From assembly GCA_963743255.1 (NCBI GenBank), contig CAVUPD010000009.1, positions 310,862 to 374,861 of the forward strand: a stretch of DNA of 64,000 bases. Direction: 5' to 3'. This document shows, piece by piece, positions 10,800-20,835 of this stretch (positions within the stretch are counted from its first letter, which is position 1; each line of letters starts with the position of its first letter). The stretch is from an uncultured Chloroflexia bacterium (lineage in GTDB: Bacteria > Chloroflexota > Anaerolineae > Anaerolineales > E44-bin32). The notes under the pieces are model-generated. The model ran no database searches. It was not told the DNA's origin and saw nothing but the letters and a program-made list of their open reading frames with translations. A program made the position numbers and the translations under genes.

Positions 10800-12602
10800 T
10801 CAGCGCCGAGCGGCCACATCCTCGCGTGCGCGGTCGAGGAACGCCTCGACCGACATCGCGCCCGGGTTCTCGCCGGAGCGCAGACGCAGCGCCACCGCGC
10901 CGCTCTCGGCTTCTTTGTCGCCGACGACCAGCATGTAGGGGATCTTCTGCATCTGGGCATCGCGGATCTTGGCGTTCATGCGCTCGGTGCGCTCATCGAC
11001 CTCGACCCGCAGCCCGGCGTCCTTCAGCTGTCGCCGCCGTCTGCCGTGCGTAGTCCACGTGCCGGTCGGCGATCGGGATCAGCATCGCCTGCACCGGCGC
11101 CAGCCAGACCGGGAACGCGCCGGCGTAGTGCTCGATCAGCACGCCGATGAAGCGCTCCATGGAGCCCAGCAGGGCGCGGTGGATCATGTACGGGCGGTGC
11201 TCCTGGCCGTCCTCGCCGACGTAGGTCATGTCGAAGCGCTCCGGCAGGTTGAAGTCGAACTGGATCGTGCTGCAGCTGCCACTCGCGGCCGATGGCGTCC
11301 GTGACCTTGAGGTCGATCTTCGGGCCGTAGAACGCGCCCCGCCCTCGTCCACCCCGTAGGCGACCCCCGCGCCGTTCGAGCGCCTGTCGCAGCGCCTCGG
11401 TCGGCGCCTCCCACTGCTCCGCCGTTCCGACCGACTTGTCGGGGCGCGTGGTCGACAGGTAGGCACTGGAAGTCCTGGAAGCCGAAGGCGCGCAGGATGC
11501 TGCAGGCAGAACGTCGAGCACGCGGTCGATCTCCTCCGGCATCTGGTCCGGCCGGCAGAAGAGGTGGGCATCGTCCTGGGTGAAGCCGCGCACGCGCATC
11601 AGGCCGTGCAGCACGCCGCTCCGCTCGTAGCGGTAGACCGTGCCCCATTCGGCAAAGCGCAAGCGGCAGGTCGCGGTACGAGCGCGTACGGCTCTTGTAG
11701 ATCTGGATGTGGAAGGGGCAGTTCATCGGCTTGAGGAAGTACTCCTGCCCCTCGATGTCGACGGGCGAGTACATGTTCTCGCGGTAGAAGCCCAGGTGCC
11801 CGCTGGTCTCCCACAGGTTGGCCCGGCCGATATGCGGGGTGTAGACGAGCTCGTAGCCGCCGCGTTCAGGTGCTCGGCGCGGCAGAAATCCTCGGCGACC
11901 TTGCGCAGCATCCCGCCCTTGGGGTGCCAGAGGACCAGCCCCGGGCCGACGTCCTCGGATTGACGCTGAACAGGTCCAGCTCACGCCCCAGCTTGCGGTG
12001 GTCGCGCTTCTTGGCCTCCTCCAGCTGCCACAGGTACTCGTTCGAGCTCCTCGGCCGTCGTTCCAGGCCGTGCCGTAGATGCGCTGCAGCATCGGGTTCT
12101 TCTCGTCGCCGCGCCAGTAGGCGCCGGCGACGCTCAGCAGCTTGAGCGCCGCGGGGTTGATCTGCCCGGTGTGCTCGACGTGCGGCCCGCGGCACAGGTC
12201 GACGAAGGATCCGTCTTTGTAGATCGAGATCTCGGGCTTCACGTCGATCTCGGCTCCGTACTCGTCCCGCCCGCCGGCCTCCAGCCCGTCGATCAGCTCG
12301 ATCTTGTACGGCTGATCGGCGAAGAGCCGGCGCGCCTCCTCGGCCGAGAGCTCCTGCCGCACGAAGGTCTGGTCCTCGGCGATGATCTGACGCATGCGCG
12401 CCTCGATCGCCTCCAGGTCCTCGGGGGTCAGCGGGCGCGGCAGGTCGAAGTCGTAGTAGAAGCCGTCCTCGATCGGCGGGCCGATGGCGATGCGGGCCTG
12501 GCCGGGAAACATCTCCATCACGGCCTGGGCCATCACGTGCGCCGCCGAGTGGCGAATGCGGTACAGCTCGGAGCTCTTGTAGTCTTCCTGCGGCATGGCC
12601 AT
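10800..12602 (-). CDS. thrS: Threonine--tRNA ligase; about 10 apparent frameshifts
   Basis: SAD-domain [12 protein letters not shown], class II core [88 protein letters not shown], and an anticodon-binding tail ending ..[10 protein letters not shown]. These segments are spread over all three minus frames. Start MAMPQ at 12602 follows GGGAGG. Confidence 0.9.
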
Positions 12603-12611
12603 CGTTTCCTC

Positions 12612-12880
12612 CCGACTCCGAAACAACAAGCTCCCACCCACTGGGGAGGGAGCTTACGCTCACACGGTTCCACCCAGATTAGCCCCCGGTCAGGGACCAT
12701 CTCGGACAGCCGATAACGGGGCTGAGCCGTTCACCCTACTGACCCTGGTCGGGGGCGTTGGGGCCCATGCTCGCGGGGGGTTTTGGGCGGGGCGCCGCCG
12801 GGGGGACTTCCAGTCTCGGGTCCCCTCTCCCTGAGGCGCGCCGGTCCGCCTACTCGTCCCGGTCATCGCAGCGTGCTTCG
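12612..12880 (-). promoter_or_regulatory. T-box riboswitch leader of thrS (candidate ACC Thr specifier) with terminator/antiterminator
   Basis: On the minus strand: GCGATGA..GAGTA (stem I base/K-turn), AGGGAGA, AAAACCCCCCGCGAGCA (specifier region), CCGTTA (F-box), AATCTGGGTGGAACCGTGTG (T-box sequence, + 12661..12680). Then hairpin AAGCTCCCTCCCCAGTGGGTGGGAGCTT followed by GTTGTTT (+ 12628..12655). Confidence 0.8.
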
Positions 12881-12886
12881 ATTGTG

Positions 12887-12960
12887 TGGGCGGTATAGGA
12901 CTCGAACCTACGACCTTTGCGATGTCAACGCAACGCTCTAACCAACTGAGCTAACCGCCC
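12887..12960 (-). tRNA. tRNA-Val (anticodon GAC)
   Basis: Minus strand GGGCGGTTAGCTCAGTTGGTTAGAGCGTTGCGTTGACATCGCAAAGGTCGTAGGTTCGAGTCCTATACCGCCCA. Cloverleaf with anticodon loop TTGACAT. CCA is not encoded. Confidence 0.93.
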
Positions 12961-13104
12961 AAGTCCTGCCATTATAACGACCCGAGACGGTGGATGCAAT
13001 GCCTTCCTCAGGAGGAGCGGCCTGTGGCCTCGAGCACTCTGGCCGTGATCGGCCGCGCTGCTGATCCGACGTTCAGCCCACGGTCGGTCCGATCACGCAC
13101 CCGC

Positions 13105-14346
13105 CTAGCGGGCGTGCGAGGCAATCGCCGAGGCGATATGCTCGGCATTCTCGCCCACCCCGACCAGCAACCCGGATTTCTGATAAGGCAACCAGGGCAG
13201 CCCGACAAAGAACAGACCCGGAAAGGTGGTGACCCCGCGCTGTTGCACCGGGAAGCCCTGGCCGTCAAAGGCGGCCAACTTCACCAGGCCAAAGTCGAAG
13301 TCATAGCCCATCGTCCATACGATGGAGCCGATCCCGGCCGAGCGGATGTCCAATTCGGAGACGGTCTCGCGTTCGTATCCGTCGCGCAGACACGGTAGGG
13401 TTTCCGGCGGGGCGTCGAGGCCGGTCCGTTCGATGTAGCCATTGATCATCCGGACCAGGTCGGCCTCGAACTTGTCGACCTTGGCAAGATTCTCCTGCAG
13501 GTCCGCGCCGACATGGAGCGTGTTTGACTCGGCCGCTGTGAGCCGTCCAAGCAGGACCACGCCGTCCCGGGCGAATTGGTGCAGGTTCAGGTTCCTTCCA
13601 CCATCCCGGCCGGAGACCTGAGGGTTCCCTGCGAACCGGGCCGCCGGCGAGGGGAGCTGCGCGGGGGTGCGGTCCATGAACCCGGTCAAGAGCAGCCACT
13701 CGAAGATGTCCTTGCCGCGGTAGCGACGCGGGGCTCGTCCGGCACTTCCCACGGACAAGAAGACTTTGCGACCGCTCTGATACAGCTCCTCGGCGATCTG
13801 GCACCCCGACTGCCCGCTTCCCACAACGAGCACCGAGCCGTCCGGCAGAGAGGAGGGGTTCCGGTACTCACCCGAGTGAACCTGCGTGACCCGGCTTGAG
13901 ATGTCACGGCTGAAGGTGGGCACCTTTGGACGTTGATACATCCCGGTGGCGATCACCACATGGCGCGCTTCCCAGGTGGCGTCCCGGGCCTGCACCCGGT
14001 AGCCCTCCCCTTCCGGTTCGCGCTCGATCGATTCGACGCGCACGTCGTAGTGGAGCGGCGCGTGAATGAGGGAAGCATAGCGCTCGAAGCGGGCGACAAT
14101 CTCGTCGCGCGGCATGAATTCATCCGGTGCATCGCCCTGGTACTCGGCCCCCGGCAACCGGAAAGCCCAATTCGGCGTATTGAGGGTGAAGGAGTCCCAC
14201 CGTTGGGTGCGCCAGGCGTCCCCCGGACCCGCGGCTTGCTCGAGGATGACGTGCTCGCAGCCCTGGCGGGTCAGGTGGTAGCTGGTCGCCAATCCAGCCT
14301 GTCCCGCGCCTACGATGATGGTTTCCACGCGCTCGGTCATTTGCAC
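13105..14346 (-). CDS. Flavin-containing monooxygenase-like NAD(P)/FAD-dependent oxidoreductase
   Basis: Intact 413-aa ORF with two dinucleotide-binding motifs, GAGQAG (N-terminal) and GSGQSG. Confidence 0.85.
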   Translation of the reverse strand: MQMTERVETIIVGAGQAGLATSYHLTRQGCEHVILEQAAGPGDAWRTQRWDSFTLNTPNWAFRLPGAEYQGDAPDEFMPRDEIVARFERYASLIHAPLHYDVRVESIEREPEGEGYRVQARDATWEARHVVIATGMYQRPKVPTFSRDISSRVTQVHSGEYRNPSSLPDGSVLVVGSGQSGCQIAEELYQSGRKVFLSVGSAGRAPRRYRGKDIFEWLLLTGFMDRTPAQLPSPAARFAGNPQVSGRDGGRNLNLHQFARDGVVLLGRLTAAESNTLHVGADLQENLAKVDKFEADLVRMINGYIERTGLDAPPETLPCLRDGYERETVSELDIRSAGIGSIVWTMGYDFDFGLVKLAAFDGQGFPVQQRGVTTFPGLFFVGLPWLPYQKSGLLVGVGENAEHIASAIASHAR

Positions 14347-14598
14347 CTTTCAGCAGCTCGACCTGGTCGAGGACTGTGGAGTGGTATCCTCCCGGCCGGT
14401 ACCCGGTGGAGCTCTACGGCAAGCACAGGGTTCGGCCCCGAGGATCGGTCAACACACGGGGCCTCTCCTTCCGGACGTCAGACCCAAGTCCACATGGACT
14501 CACAACTCTCGGTCGGGTGCAGGTCTACGGACCCGCCTCCCTGTCCCGCGCATTCTCCGCGGACAATTGGAGGCGGTCGTTTTCTGGCCGCGGCGAAC

Positions 14599-16020
14599 TC
14601 ACTTCGCGCCCAGCAGCTCCAGTGCGGCGGCGAGGATCGGGTCGTCCTCGATGGAATAGGTTTGCCAGGGCGCCACGACCTCCACATCCGGCTGTACACC
14701 GATGCCTTCCCAGCCGGCCTGCGAGACGGCGGGCACAAACCGCTCCTCGGCAATCCACAACCGAGACCCATCCTCGAAAGTGTAGCCATGCAGGGTCTCG
14801 ACGTTGCCTACCGTCGTCTGCCCCACCAGCCGAGCGCGCCCCTGATCCTGGAGCACGCCAGCGAAGACCTCGCCGAAGCTGACGGTGTCCTCCCCGATCA
14901 GGACGACCAGCGGGACTGACTGGGAGCCCTGGACATCACGCGGCGTGATGCGGAGTGGTCGGGACCCGCTTCGGCTGAGAAACTCTCCCATATTGCCCGA
15001 GGTGAACAAGGACAGCATCGGCTCGGCGACGCTGCTCGATCCACCCCCATTCACGCGATTATCGATCACCAGCCCGTCCAGCGGGCCAAACTCCAGCAAA
15101 GCCGCTTCGACCTCGGCGGGGATTCGTTCGTCGAAGAAGCTCGGCAGGAAGAGGTAGCCGACCCGCCCTCCATCCGGAGCCGAGAGCAGCCGGACGTCAA
15201 TGGCCCGGTCGACGGTATACCGGTGCCGCACGATGGCCACTTCACGGACGGGCTCACCCGGCGACGACACCGACACCACGGCCAGGCTGCACTCCGGTCC
15301 CCTCAACAGCCAGGGCAACGGGGCGCCGCCCTGCACCAGCGGTACGCCATCGATCGCCAACAAGTTGTCGTGCGGTTGGAGGCCGGCCTTCGCTGCCGGA
15401 GAACCGTCGTAAACCTGAAGCAGCGTGATCAGTCCCGCCTCCGGGATCCCCATCGCCAGCACGCCAATACCCACCGTGCCAACCATGCCGGCCAATTCAG
15501 CTTCCGAGGCGGCGACATCGACCGGAGATTCCACGAACGAGTGCTCATCGCCCAGGCCGCTGATAAGCTGCTGCAGCTCTGTGTAGAAGTCCTCGGTGTC
15601 CAGGCCATCGCTGATTTGCTGGCGCAGTCTGGCGCCTGCCGCCTGCCATTCCGTGCCCAGCTTCCCCGGAGCAACGTACACATCTTCGACGGTTCGAATG
15701 AGTTCCTCGGCGACGGCCTGCTGTTCGTCGCCGGTCAGCAGTGGGTTGGCTTCCGACACCGGGGTGGCCCCTGCGAGGGCCGGGCCAACGGTTGCTAGCG
15801 GAAGGCCCTGGCACTCGGCGGGGACGTAGGATGGGGTGAGCGGGGTGGAAGTCAGGGGGATCGATGTCGTGGTGGGAAGCACCGGTGTCGGAAGAGTCTC
15901 GGCTGTATTGGCCGCGCCCTGCCCGAGCAGTGTGCAGCTCATCATAAGAAGAAGCACGGCCGCAAGCAGTCGTGCCGCTCTTCCTGGCCGTATCCATTGT
16001 CCCTCTTCGTGGACGGGCAT
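14599..16020 (-). CDS. S41 family C-terminal processing peptidase with PDZ domain
   Basis: PDZ segment VYDGSPAAKAGLQPHDNLLAIDG. S41 core GLVIDNRVNGGGS and VLIGEDTVSFGEVFA. Start chosen at MPVHEEG (16020) before a hydrophobic signal/lipobox-like LLLMMSC. Confidence 0.85.
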   Translation of the reverse strand: MPVHEEGQWIRPGRAARLLAAVLLLMMSCTLLGQGAANTAETLPTPVLPTTTSIPLTSTPLTPSYVPAECQGLPLATVGPALAGATPVSEANPLLTGDEQQAVAEELIRTVEDVYVAPGKLGTEWQAAGARLRQQISDGLDTEDFYTELQQLISGLGDEHSFVESPVDVAASEAELAGMVGTVGIGVLAMGIPEAGLITLLQVYDGSPAAKAGLQPHDNLLAIDGVPLVQGGAPLPWLLRGPECSLAVVSVSSPGEPVREVAIVRHRYTVDRAIDVRLLSAPDGGRVGYLFLPSFFDERIPAEVEAALLEFGPLDGLVIDNRVNGGGSSSVAEPMLSLFTSGNMGEFLSRSGSRPLRITPRDVQGSQSVPLVVLIGEDTVSFGEVFAGVLQDQGRARLVGQTTVGNVETLHGYTFEDGSRLWIAEERFVPAVSQAGWEGIGVQPDVEVVAPWQTYSIEDDPILAAALELLGAK

Positions 16021-16295
16021 CGGTGCTCCGGTCTTCGGCAGGCATCCACCCCTTGGGACATCGCGGGGCACGGTCGGAAGCCTGAGGATGCGACCAGTCA
16101 ACAGCCTGCGTCGTCCGGGCCGGCCCTCCGAGCCAGGAGCCGGGCTGTCGACCGATATACGGACTAAACTAATCCATTTTACAACCACAACCCGCAGACT
16201 GCCGTCCGGAGGTCCCGACCGCGCTACCCGGCGGGCAAAATTGGAGAGGTCGGAGGATGAGGGGCCACCTCCGGCCGGGACGCGGCCTGAGGCGG

Positions 16296-16790
16296 TCAGG
16301 CTGGGAGGGTGAATTTGGTTGGATCTTCGCTGAACTTGGTCCAGGCCAGGATCACCCGCGGCACGATTTCGAACAAGCCGCCTTCATCCCATTGGGTCGG
16401 CTCAGGCGAGTAGCCGAGATTGGCGTACTTGCCTCTGTACGCGTGCGCCAAACGCATGGTCAGCTCCGTCGGCGGCCGGTCGATCGCCCGCCCCGAACCT
16501 TCGACAATCACGGCGCGTTCGCCGCTCTCGAGGTGCAGGACGACCGCCGGATTGTGAGCCAGGTTGCGAGCATGCCGCGTCTCACCGCTGCCGTCGAAGT
16601 AGATCTTGCCATCGAGGTACACAGCCCACTTCGGAACAGCATGGGGTCGGCCGTCGGGGCGGACGCTGCACAACCAGTAGTGAACCGCGTCGTTCAACTG
16701 GCGCTCGACCCATTCCCACGCCACATGCGCCGTCGGGCGGTCTACGTACCCTGCCGGGAAGGTCGGGCGACTCACCATCGGTGTGGGCAT
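16296..16790 (-). CDS. Pyridoxamine 5'-phosphate oxidase family protein
   Basis: WLCSVRPDGRPHAVP..GKIYFDG..RHARNLAHNPAVVLHLE split-barrel pattern. ATG at 16790 follows AGGAGG. Confidence 0.75.
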   Translation of the reverse strand: MPTPMVSRPTFPAGYVDRPTAHVAWEWVERQLNDAVHYWLCSVRPDGRPHAVPKWAVYLDGKIYFDGSGETRHARNLAHNPAVVLHLESGERAVIVEGSGRAIDRPPTELTMRLAHAYRGKYANLGYSPEPTQWDEGGLFEIVPRVILAWTKFSEDPTKFTLPA

Positions 16791-16831
16791 GCAACCTCCT
16801 GGAGAGCAGATGGGCGCGCCGGGCGGCGCGG

Positions 16832-17209
16832 CTATCCTTTGACGTAGGACAGTTTCTCGGCGATCAAACCGCCCCGCACACGGTACAGGTCGACGCCGCG
16901 GATGTGCCCTTCGGCGCCGCGGGCATCCACCCAGGTGTAGACCCAGCGCATCACACACCGATCGCCGGCGGCGAAGACTTCCTCCGCTTCGAACCGGGCC
17001 GCGGATGATCCTTCCAGGAATTCTTCCCAGAAGGAGCCCACCGCGGAGCGGCCTTCATAGCGTGTGCCGTCCGGCGGCGGCTGTGTATTCTCGAAGACCG
17101 TGTCGTCTGTCAGGCATGCCAGCATGCCCTCCAGGTCACGCACATTTAGCGCCTGATGGAATCGCTGCACGACGTCGATCGCATCGCTGCCTGGCGAATG
17201 GGGCGTCAT
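16832..17209 (-). CDS. SnoaL-like / NTF2-fold protein
   Basis: 126-aa segment MTPHSPGSDAIDVVQRFHQALNVRDLEGMLACLTDDTVFEN.. with a typical SnoaL-like N-terminus. The upstream part of ORF 16832..17509 looks non-coding. Confidence 0.7.
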   Translation of the reverse strand: MTPHSPGSDAIDVVQRFHQALNVRDLEGMLACLTDDTVFENTQPPPDGTRYEGRSAVGSFWEEFLEGSSAARFEAEEVFAAGDRCVMRWVYTWVDARGAEGHIRGVDLYRVRGGLIAEKLSYVKG

Positions 17210-17444
17210 GGGGTCCTTTCCACACGCAGTGACGATGCGAGCATCGGTCTCAACAGATGAACCCCGCGCCGGCCGTCGGGAGGCGATGGCCAGGTGCGCC
17301 GAGTTGCCGCAAGCGTGCGGGTGCCTGTCGAACCCCCCACCCTCGCTCCTCCCCCTGATTGGGCTGGCTTTCGCGAGTCTAGGAATCCGGCAGGCGGAGG
17401 GGATCAGGGGCGAGGCATGCGTTAGGGGTTCTTCCGGCAGGCAC

Positions 17445-18359
17445 TTACCCGCCGGCCAGGCGCTCCAGCTGACGTCCGATTCCTGCAACCCACATCCGGG
17501 CGGCCGCACGCCAGCGTGCCCGAAACCGGAGCGGCGTCGTGTCGAGCCAGGATCGTGCCGCCTGCTGCCCGGCGGCGATCAATCGATCGGCCTGCGAGAA
17601 GTCCCAGAAAGCAATCTCAGGGGGCGAATGCAGATCGAGCAGGTGGAGCTCGACCCCGGTCCGGCGGGCAAGGTCGATCTCTCGCGCGGTCATTTCCTCG
17701 ATCCCCAGCGAGATCGCATAGCTGGCGATTCCGGTCATGCCATGCGCCGCCTGCGGCCCACCGAACAGGCTGACGACGTTAAGGGCCAGGATCTGGGTTG
17801 CGCCGCGTTCGATGGCCGCCAGCAAGGGGAGTTTGGACACCACACTTCCGTCCAGGTAGCGCCGCCCGCCGGCGCGCCAGGGCGGCAGGTAGGGCGGGAT
17901 GGCCGTGCTGCTCATCGCCCCGTCGATCAGTCGGTCGTCGCCGTGGTCGCCGAAGGCGACCAGTTCGCCGGTCTCCATACACACGGCCATCGTTCGCGCC
18001 CGGATTCCGCGCCGCGCCTGCAACTGCCCGAACGTCTCGAGGTCCAGCCCCAGGCTGCGTGCGACGAAACGCGCCAGTGGTACGCTGGGGACCAGGCTGT
18101 CACGTTGGGTGACCAGCCGGCGGACACTGCCCAACAACCCGGGGGTTCCAATCTCGCGCAGGCTGACCTGTCTCCACGCCGATTGCACGCGTCGAGCTCC
18201 GCCCGGCGTGGGGTCGGAGGCCAGCAGCAGGCCATTCAGCGCACCGGCCGAGGTGCCGACAATGAGCTCGGGGAGGAAGCCGGTTTCCAGCACAGCCTCG
18301 ACCGCGCCTGCCTGCAGCGCTCCGAAGTTGCCCGCCCCACTCAAGACGAGTGCCCGCAT
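17445..18359 (-). CDS. Patatin-like phospholipase
   Basis: Intact ORF with oxyanion LSGAGNFG, nucleophile GTSAG and a later DG dyad motif. Confidence 0.85.
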   Translation of the reverse strand: MRALVLSGAGNFGALQAGAVEAVLETGFLPELIVGTSAGALNGLLLASDPTPGGARRVQSAWRQVSLREIGTPGLLGSVRRLVTQRDSLVPSVPLARFVARSLGLDLETFGQLQARRGIRARTMAVCMETGELVAFGDHGDDRLIDGAMSSTAIPPYLPPWRAGGRRYLDGSVVSKLPLLAAIERGATQILALNVVSLFGGPQAAHGMTGIASYAISLGIEEMTAREIDLARRTGVELHLLDLHSPPEIAFWDFSQADRLIAAGQQAARSWLDTTPLRFRARWRAAARMWVAGIGRQLERLAGG

Positions 18360-18416
18360 AGGATTCTCCGCGGTCAGTCACAGCGGGCGGCGTCTGCCGC
18401 CGCGCGGCGCTTGCGC

Positions 18417-18779
18417 TCAGCCTTGCGGTGTCGGGGTGTCGTCGATCTCCAGGTGGAAGTGGTGCAGGATGCGGTGCAGGAGCGGAGCCCCGATCACACC
18501 GGCCGCCATCAGGAAGACCACGCCGGAAAACAGCGCGTAGCCTGCGGCGAACAACTTTCCCGCGGTGGTCAGGATGGGATCGACCGGCCCCATCCCGCCC
18601 AGGATCATGGCCGCGTTCAACACGGCGTCGACCCACTTCAGGCCGGCGATAAAACGGTAGCCCAGGATCCCGATCCCCAACGCGGCGAGCAGGACGCCCA
18701 TCGCCAGAAGCACATGGCGCCACAGCCGTCGAAGGAATCTTCGGCGATCGAGCAGGGGTTGGCCGCGTCGTTCGTACAT
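18417..18779 (-). CDS. Small membrane protein (2-3 TM), function unknown
   Basis: Intact 120-aa ORF with hydrophobic helices LLAMGVLLAALGIGILG and FAAGYALFSGVVFLMAAGVIG. Confidence 0.6.
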   Translation of the reverse strand: MYERRGQPLLDRRRFLRRLWRHVLLAMGVLLAALGIGILGYRFIAGLKWVDAVLNAAMILGGMGPVDPILTTAGKLFAAGYALFSGVVFLMAAGVIGAPLLHRILHHFHLEIDDTPTPQG

Positions 18780-18876
18780 GCTGTGTCCTCGCCTCGGGCG
18801 ACGCCCGGTTTCGTGTCCCCTTCCATTATAGGGTCAGCCGGGCGGCCGGCCATGATGCACATGTTACAATCGCCAG

Positions 18877-19621
18877 ATGCCCTCCGCCTCCAATCCGCTC
18901 GTGCCATCCGCAGAGCCCGCCTCGTCCGCCGGAAACAGCGGGGGTGAAATCCGGGACGACAGCCTGCGCTTCAAGCGCAGCCATGTCTACTCGGCGCTGA
19001 TTCCCCTGGCCTTCGTCGTCGGGCTGGCGACCGGCTTCCTGTTCTGGGGACGCACACCCGCGCCGGCGGCCGTCGCCGCGGTGGGCGAGCCGCAGGCTCC
19101 GACTCGTTTGGAGGTCAGCGCGGACGATGACCCGGCACTCGGCCCGGCCGACGCACCGATCACGATCATCGAGTTCAGCGACTTCAATTGTCCGTACTGC
19201 AAGAAGTGGCATGCGGAGACCTTCCAGCCGTTGATGGCGGCCTATCCGGACCAGATCCGTTTCGTATACCGCGATTTCCCGATCACCAGCCAGGAAATCG
19301 ACGGTGGCGGCCCAGGCGGCGCAGTGCGCCGGCGACCAGGATGCCTACTGGCCGTTTCACGATTCACTCTTGAGCGGAGGGCTCGAGCTGGGACGCGAGG
19401 CCTATCAGCAGTATGCGACCCGCCTGGGGCTGAACGTCGAGGGGCTCCTGGCTTGTCTCGATTCCGGGAAATACGACGACGAGGTTCAGGCGGATGCCCG
19501 CTACGCCGCCGGCCTGGGCGTCAGCGGAACCCCGACGTTCTTCATCAACGGTTTGCCGCTTGTCGGCGCACAGCCGCTGTCGGAGTTCCAGGCGGTGATC
19601 GAGAGCGAGCTGCAGGGTTAG
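18877..19621 (+). CDS. DsbA-family thiol:disulfide oxidoreductase with N-terminal TM anchor; one frameshift near 19295-19310
   Basis: FSDFNCPYCKKWH (CxxC) in ORF 18877... The C-terminal half ..GVSGTPTFFING.. is in ORF 19304..19621. Confidence 0.8.
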
Positions 19622-19631
19622 AACCGGCTTC

Positions 19632-19985
19632 CTATCCGCTACCGGTCCATCGGCGAACCCCAAAGAACACCGCCACAGCCGCCGCCCAGGCCGCATATCC
19701 GACGGCGATCGTAGCCCCCGCTTTCCAACCTGCCCGTACTGCCACCCAGGCGACGATGACGAACACGACGGTGGGAAAGATTCCCCACAGCATCCCGTCC
19801 ATGAACGAGACCACGCTGGCGCGGTCGTTGCCGGCCGCCTCGGAGACGATCCACAGCGAGAGCGGAATGTTGAGCGGCATCGTGGCAGTGATGGCCGCCA
19901 GCGTCCGCGAGTAGCGTTGGATCACCGCCACCAGGACGATGACCACGATCGAAACAGCAACCGGCAGCCAGCCTTCCCATTTCAT
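19632..19985 (-). CDS. Hypothetical membrane protein (4 TM)
   Basis: Intact 117-aa hydrophobic ORF. Confidence 0.6.
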   Translation of the reverse strand: MKWEGWLPVAVSIVVIVLVAVIQRYSRTLAAITATMPLNIPLSLWIVSEAAGNDRASVVSFMDGMLWGIFPTVVFVIVAWVAVRAGWKAGATIAVGYAAWAAAVAVFFGVRRWTGSG

Positions 19986-20012
19986 GTAATCGTCTCCTGC
20001 TGAGGGGTTGTA

Positions 20013-20827
20013 TCAAAGGGCGCACCCTGCTCGACCGATCTGGAGGAACTCGAGCAGTCGGGCCGAGAATGCTCCGGCGTCGTCGAGCGGCGTCACATGG
20101 CGTGAGCCGGGGAAGCGTGCGAGGCGGGCGCCCGGGATGTGCGCCGCCAGCTCCAGCTTGCAGCGCAGCGGCACGGTGGTGTCCTGTTCGCCGACGACGA
20201 CGAGCGTCGGGGCGCGGATCTCCTCCAGGCGGGAACGCAGGTCGAAGCGGCCGACGGCGGCCAACAGCTTGATGTACGTCAGCGGCCGATTGCCCGCCAG
20301 ACGCGCTGCGGCCGCGGCCCGAAACGCCTCCTGCCCCCGGTCGGGGAACAGGCCATCGGCCACACGGCGGCCGAGCTCGTCCATGCGTCCCGTGGCTGCC
20401 AGCCACGTCCGTTCGATCCCTCGGCGGAGCGAGCCACGCGTGGCCCGCAGGCGGGCAAAGGCGTTCACGGCGACCAGGGAGCGCACTCGCGCCGGCTCCT
20501 CGGCCGCCAACTGCAGCGCCACCGCCCCGCCCAAGGACAGGCCGACGATGTGCGCCGATCGAATCTCCAGCCGATCGAGCAGGAGACGGACATCGTTCGC
20601 CAGATCCGCGATCGTCGGCCACCCGGCGGGCATGGGCGATGCCCCTTGCCCGCGCAGGTCAGGAGCGAGCATGCTGAAATGCGGCAGCAGGCGCGGGCCG
20701 CTGCAACCCCCAATCCTCCCCGCACGATCCCAGCCCATGCAGCAGAAGGACGACGGGGGCGTCCTTTGCCGGAGACAGGTCCAGGCGGTATTCCGAGGCG
20801 GATGGGCGTTCGCGCGGCGGGCGGCAT
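20013..20827 (-). CDS. Alpha/beta hydrolase; about 2 frameshifts near the N-terminus
   Basis: VVLLLHGLGS (third frame) and the nucleophile elbow VGLSLGG. C-terminal ..FPGSRHVTPLD. Confidence 0.75.
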
Positions 20828-20835
20828 CACCGGGA

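Noticed and set aside
10800-12602. The thrS frame breaks as programmed frameshifting or as a dead pseudogene.
   Set aside because: About ten breaks show no common slippery motif, and the same kind of break hits many unrelated genes. Conserved segments carry no stops or decay, and the T-box leader is intact. Assembly indels are the simpler explanation, though this is unverified without reads.
17445-18779. The patatin phospholipase plus adjacent small membrane protein as a CBASS-like effector pair.
   Set aside because: No cyclase or NTase or other signalling gene is adjacent. The neighbours are ordinary metabolic genes. The NTase at 51.3 kb is 33 kb away.
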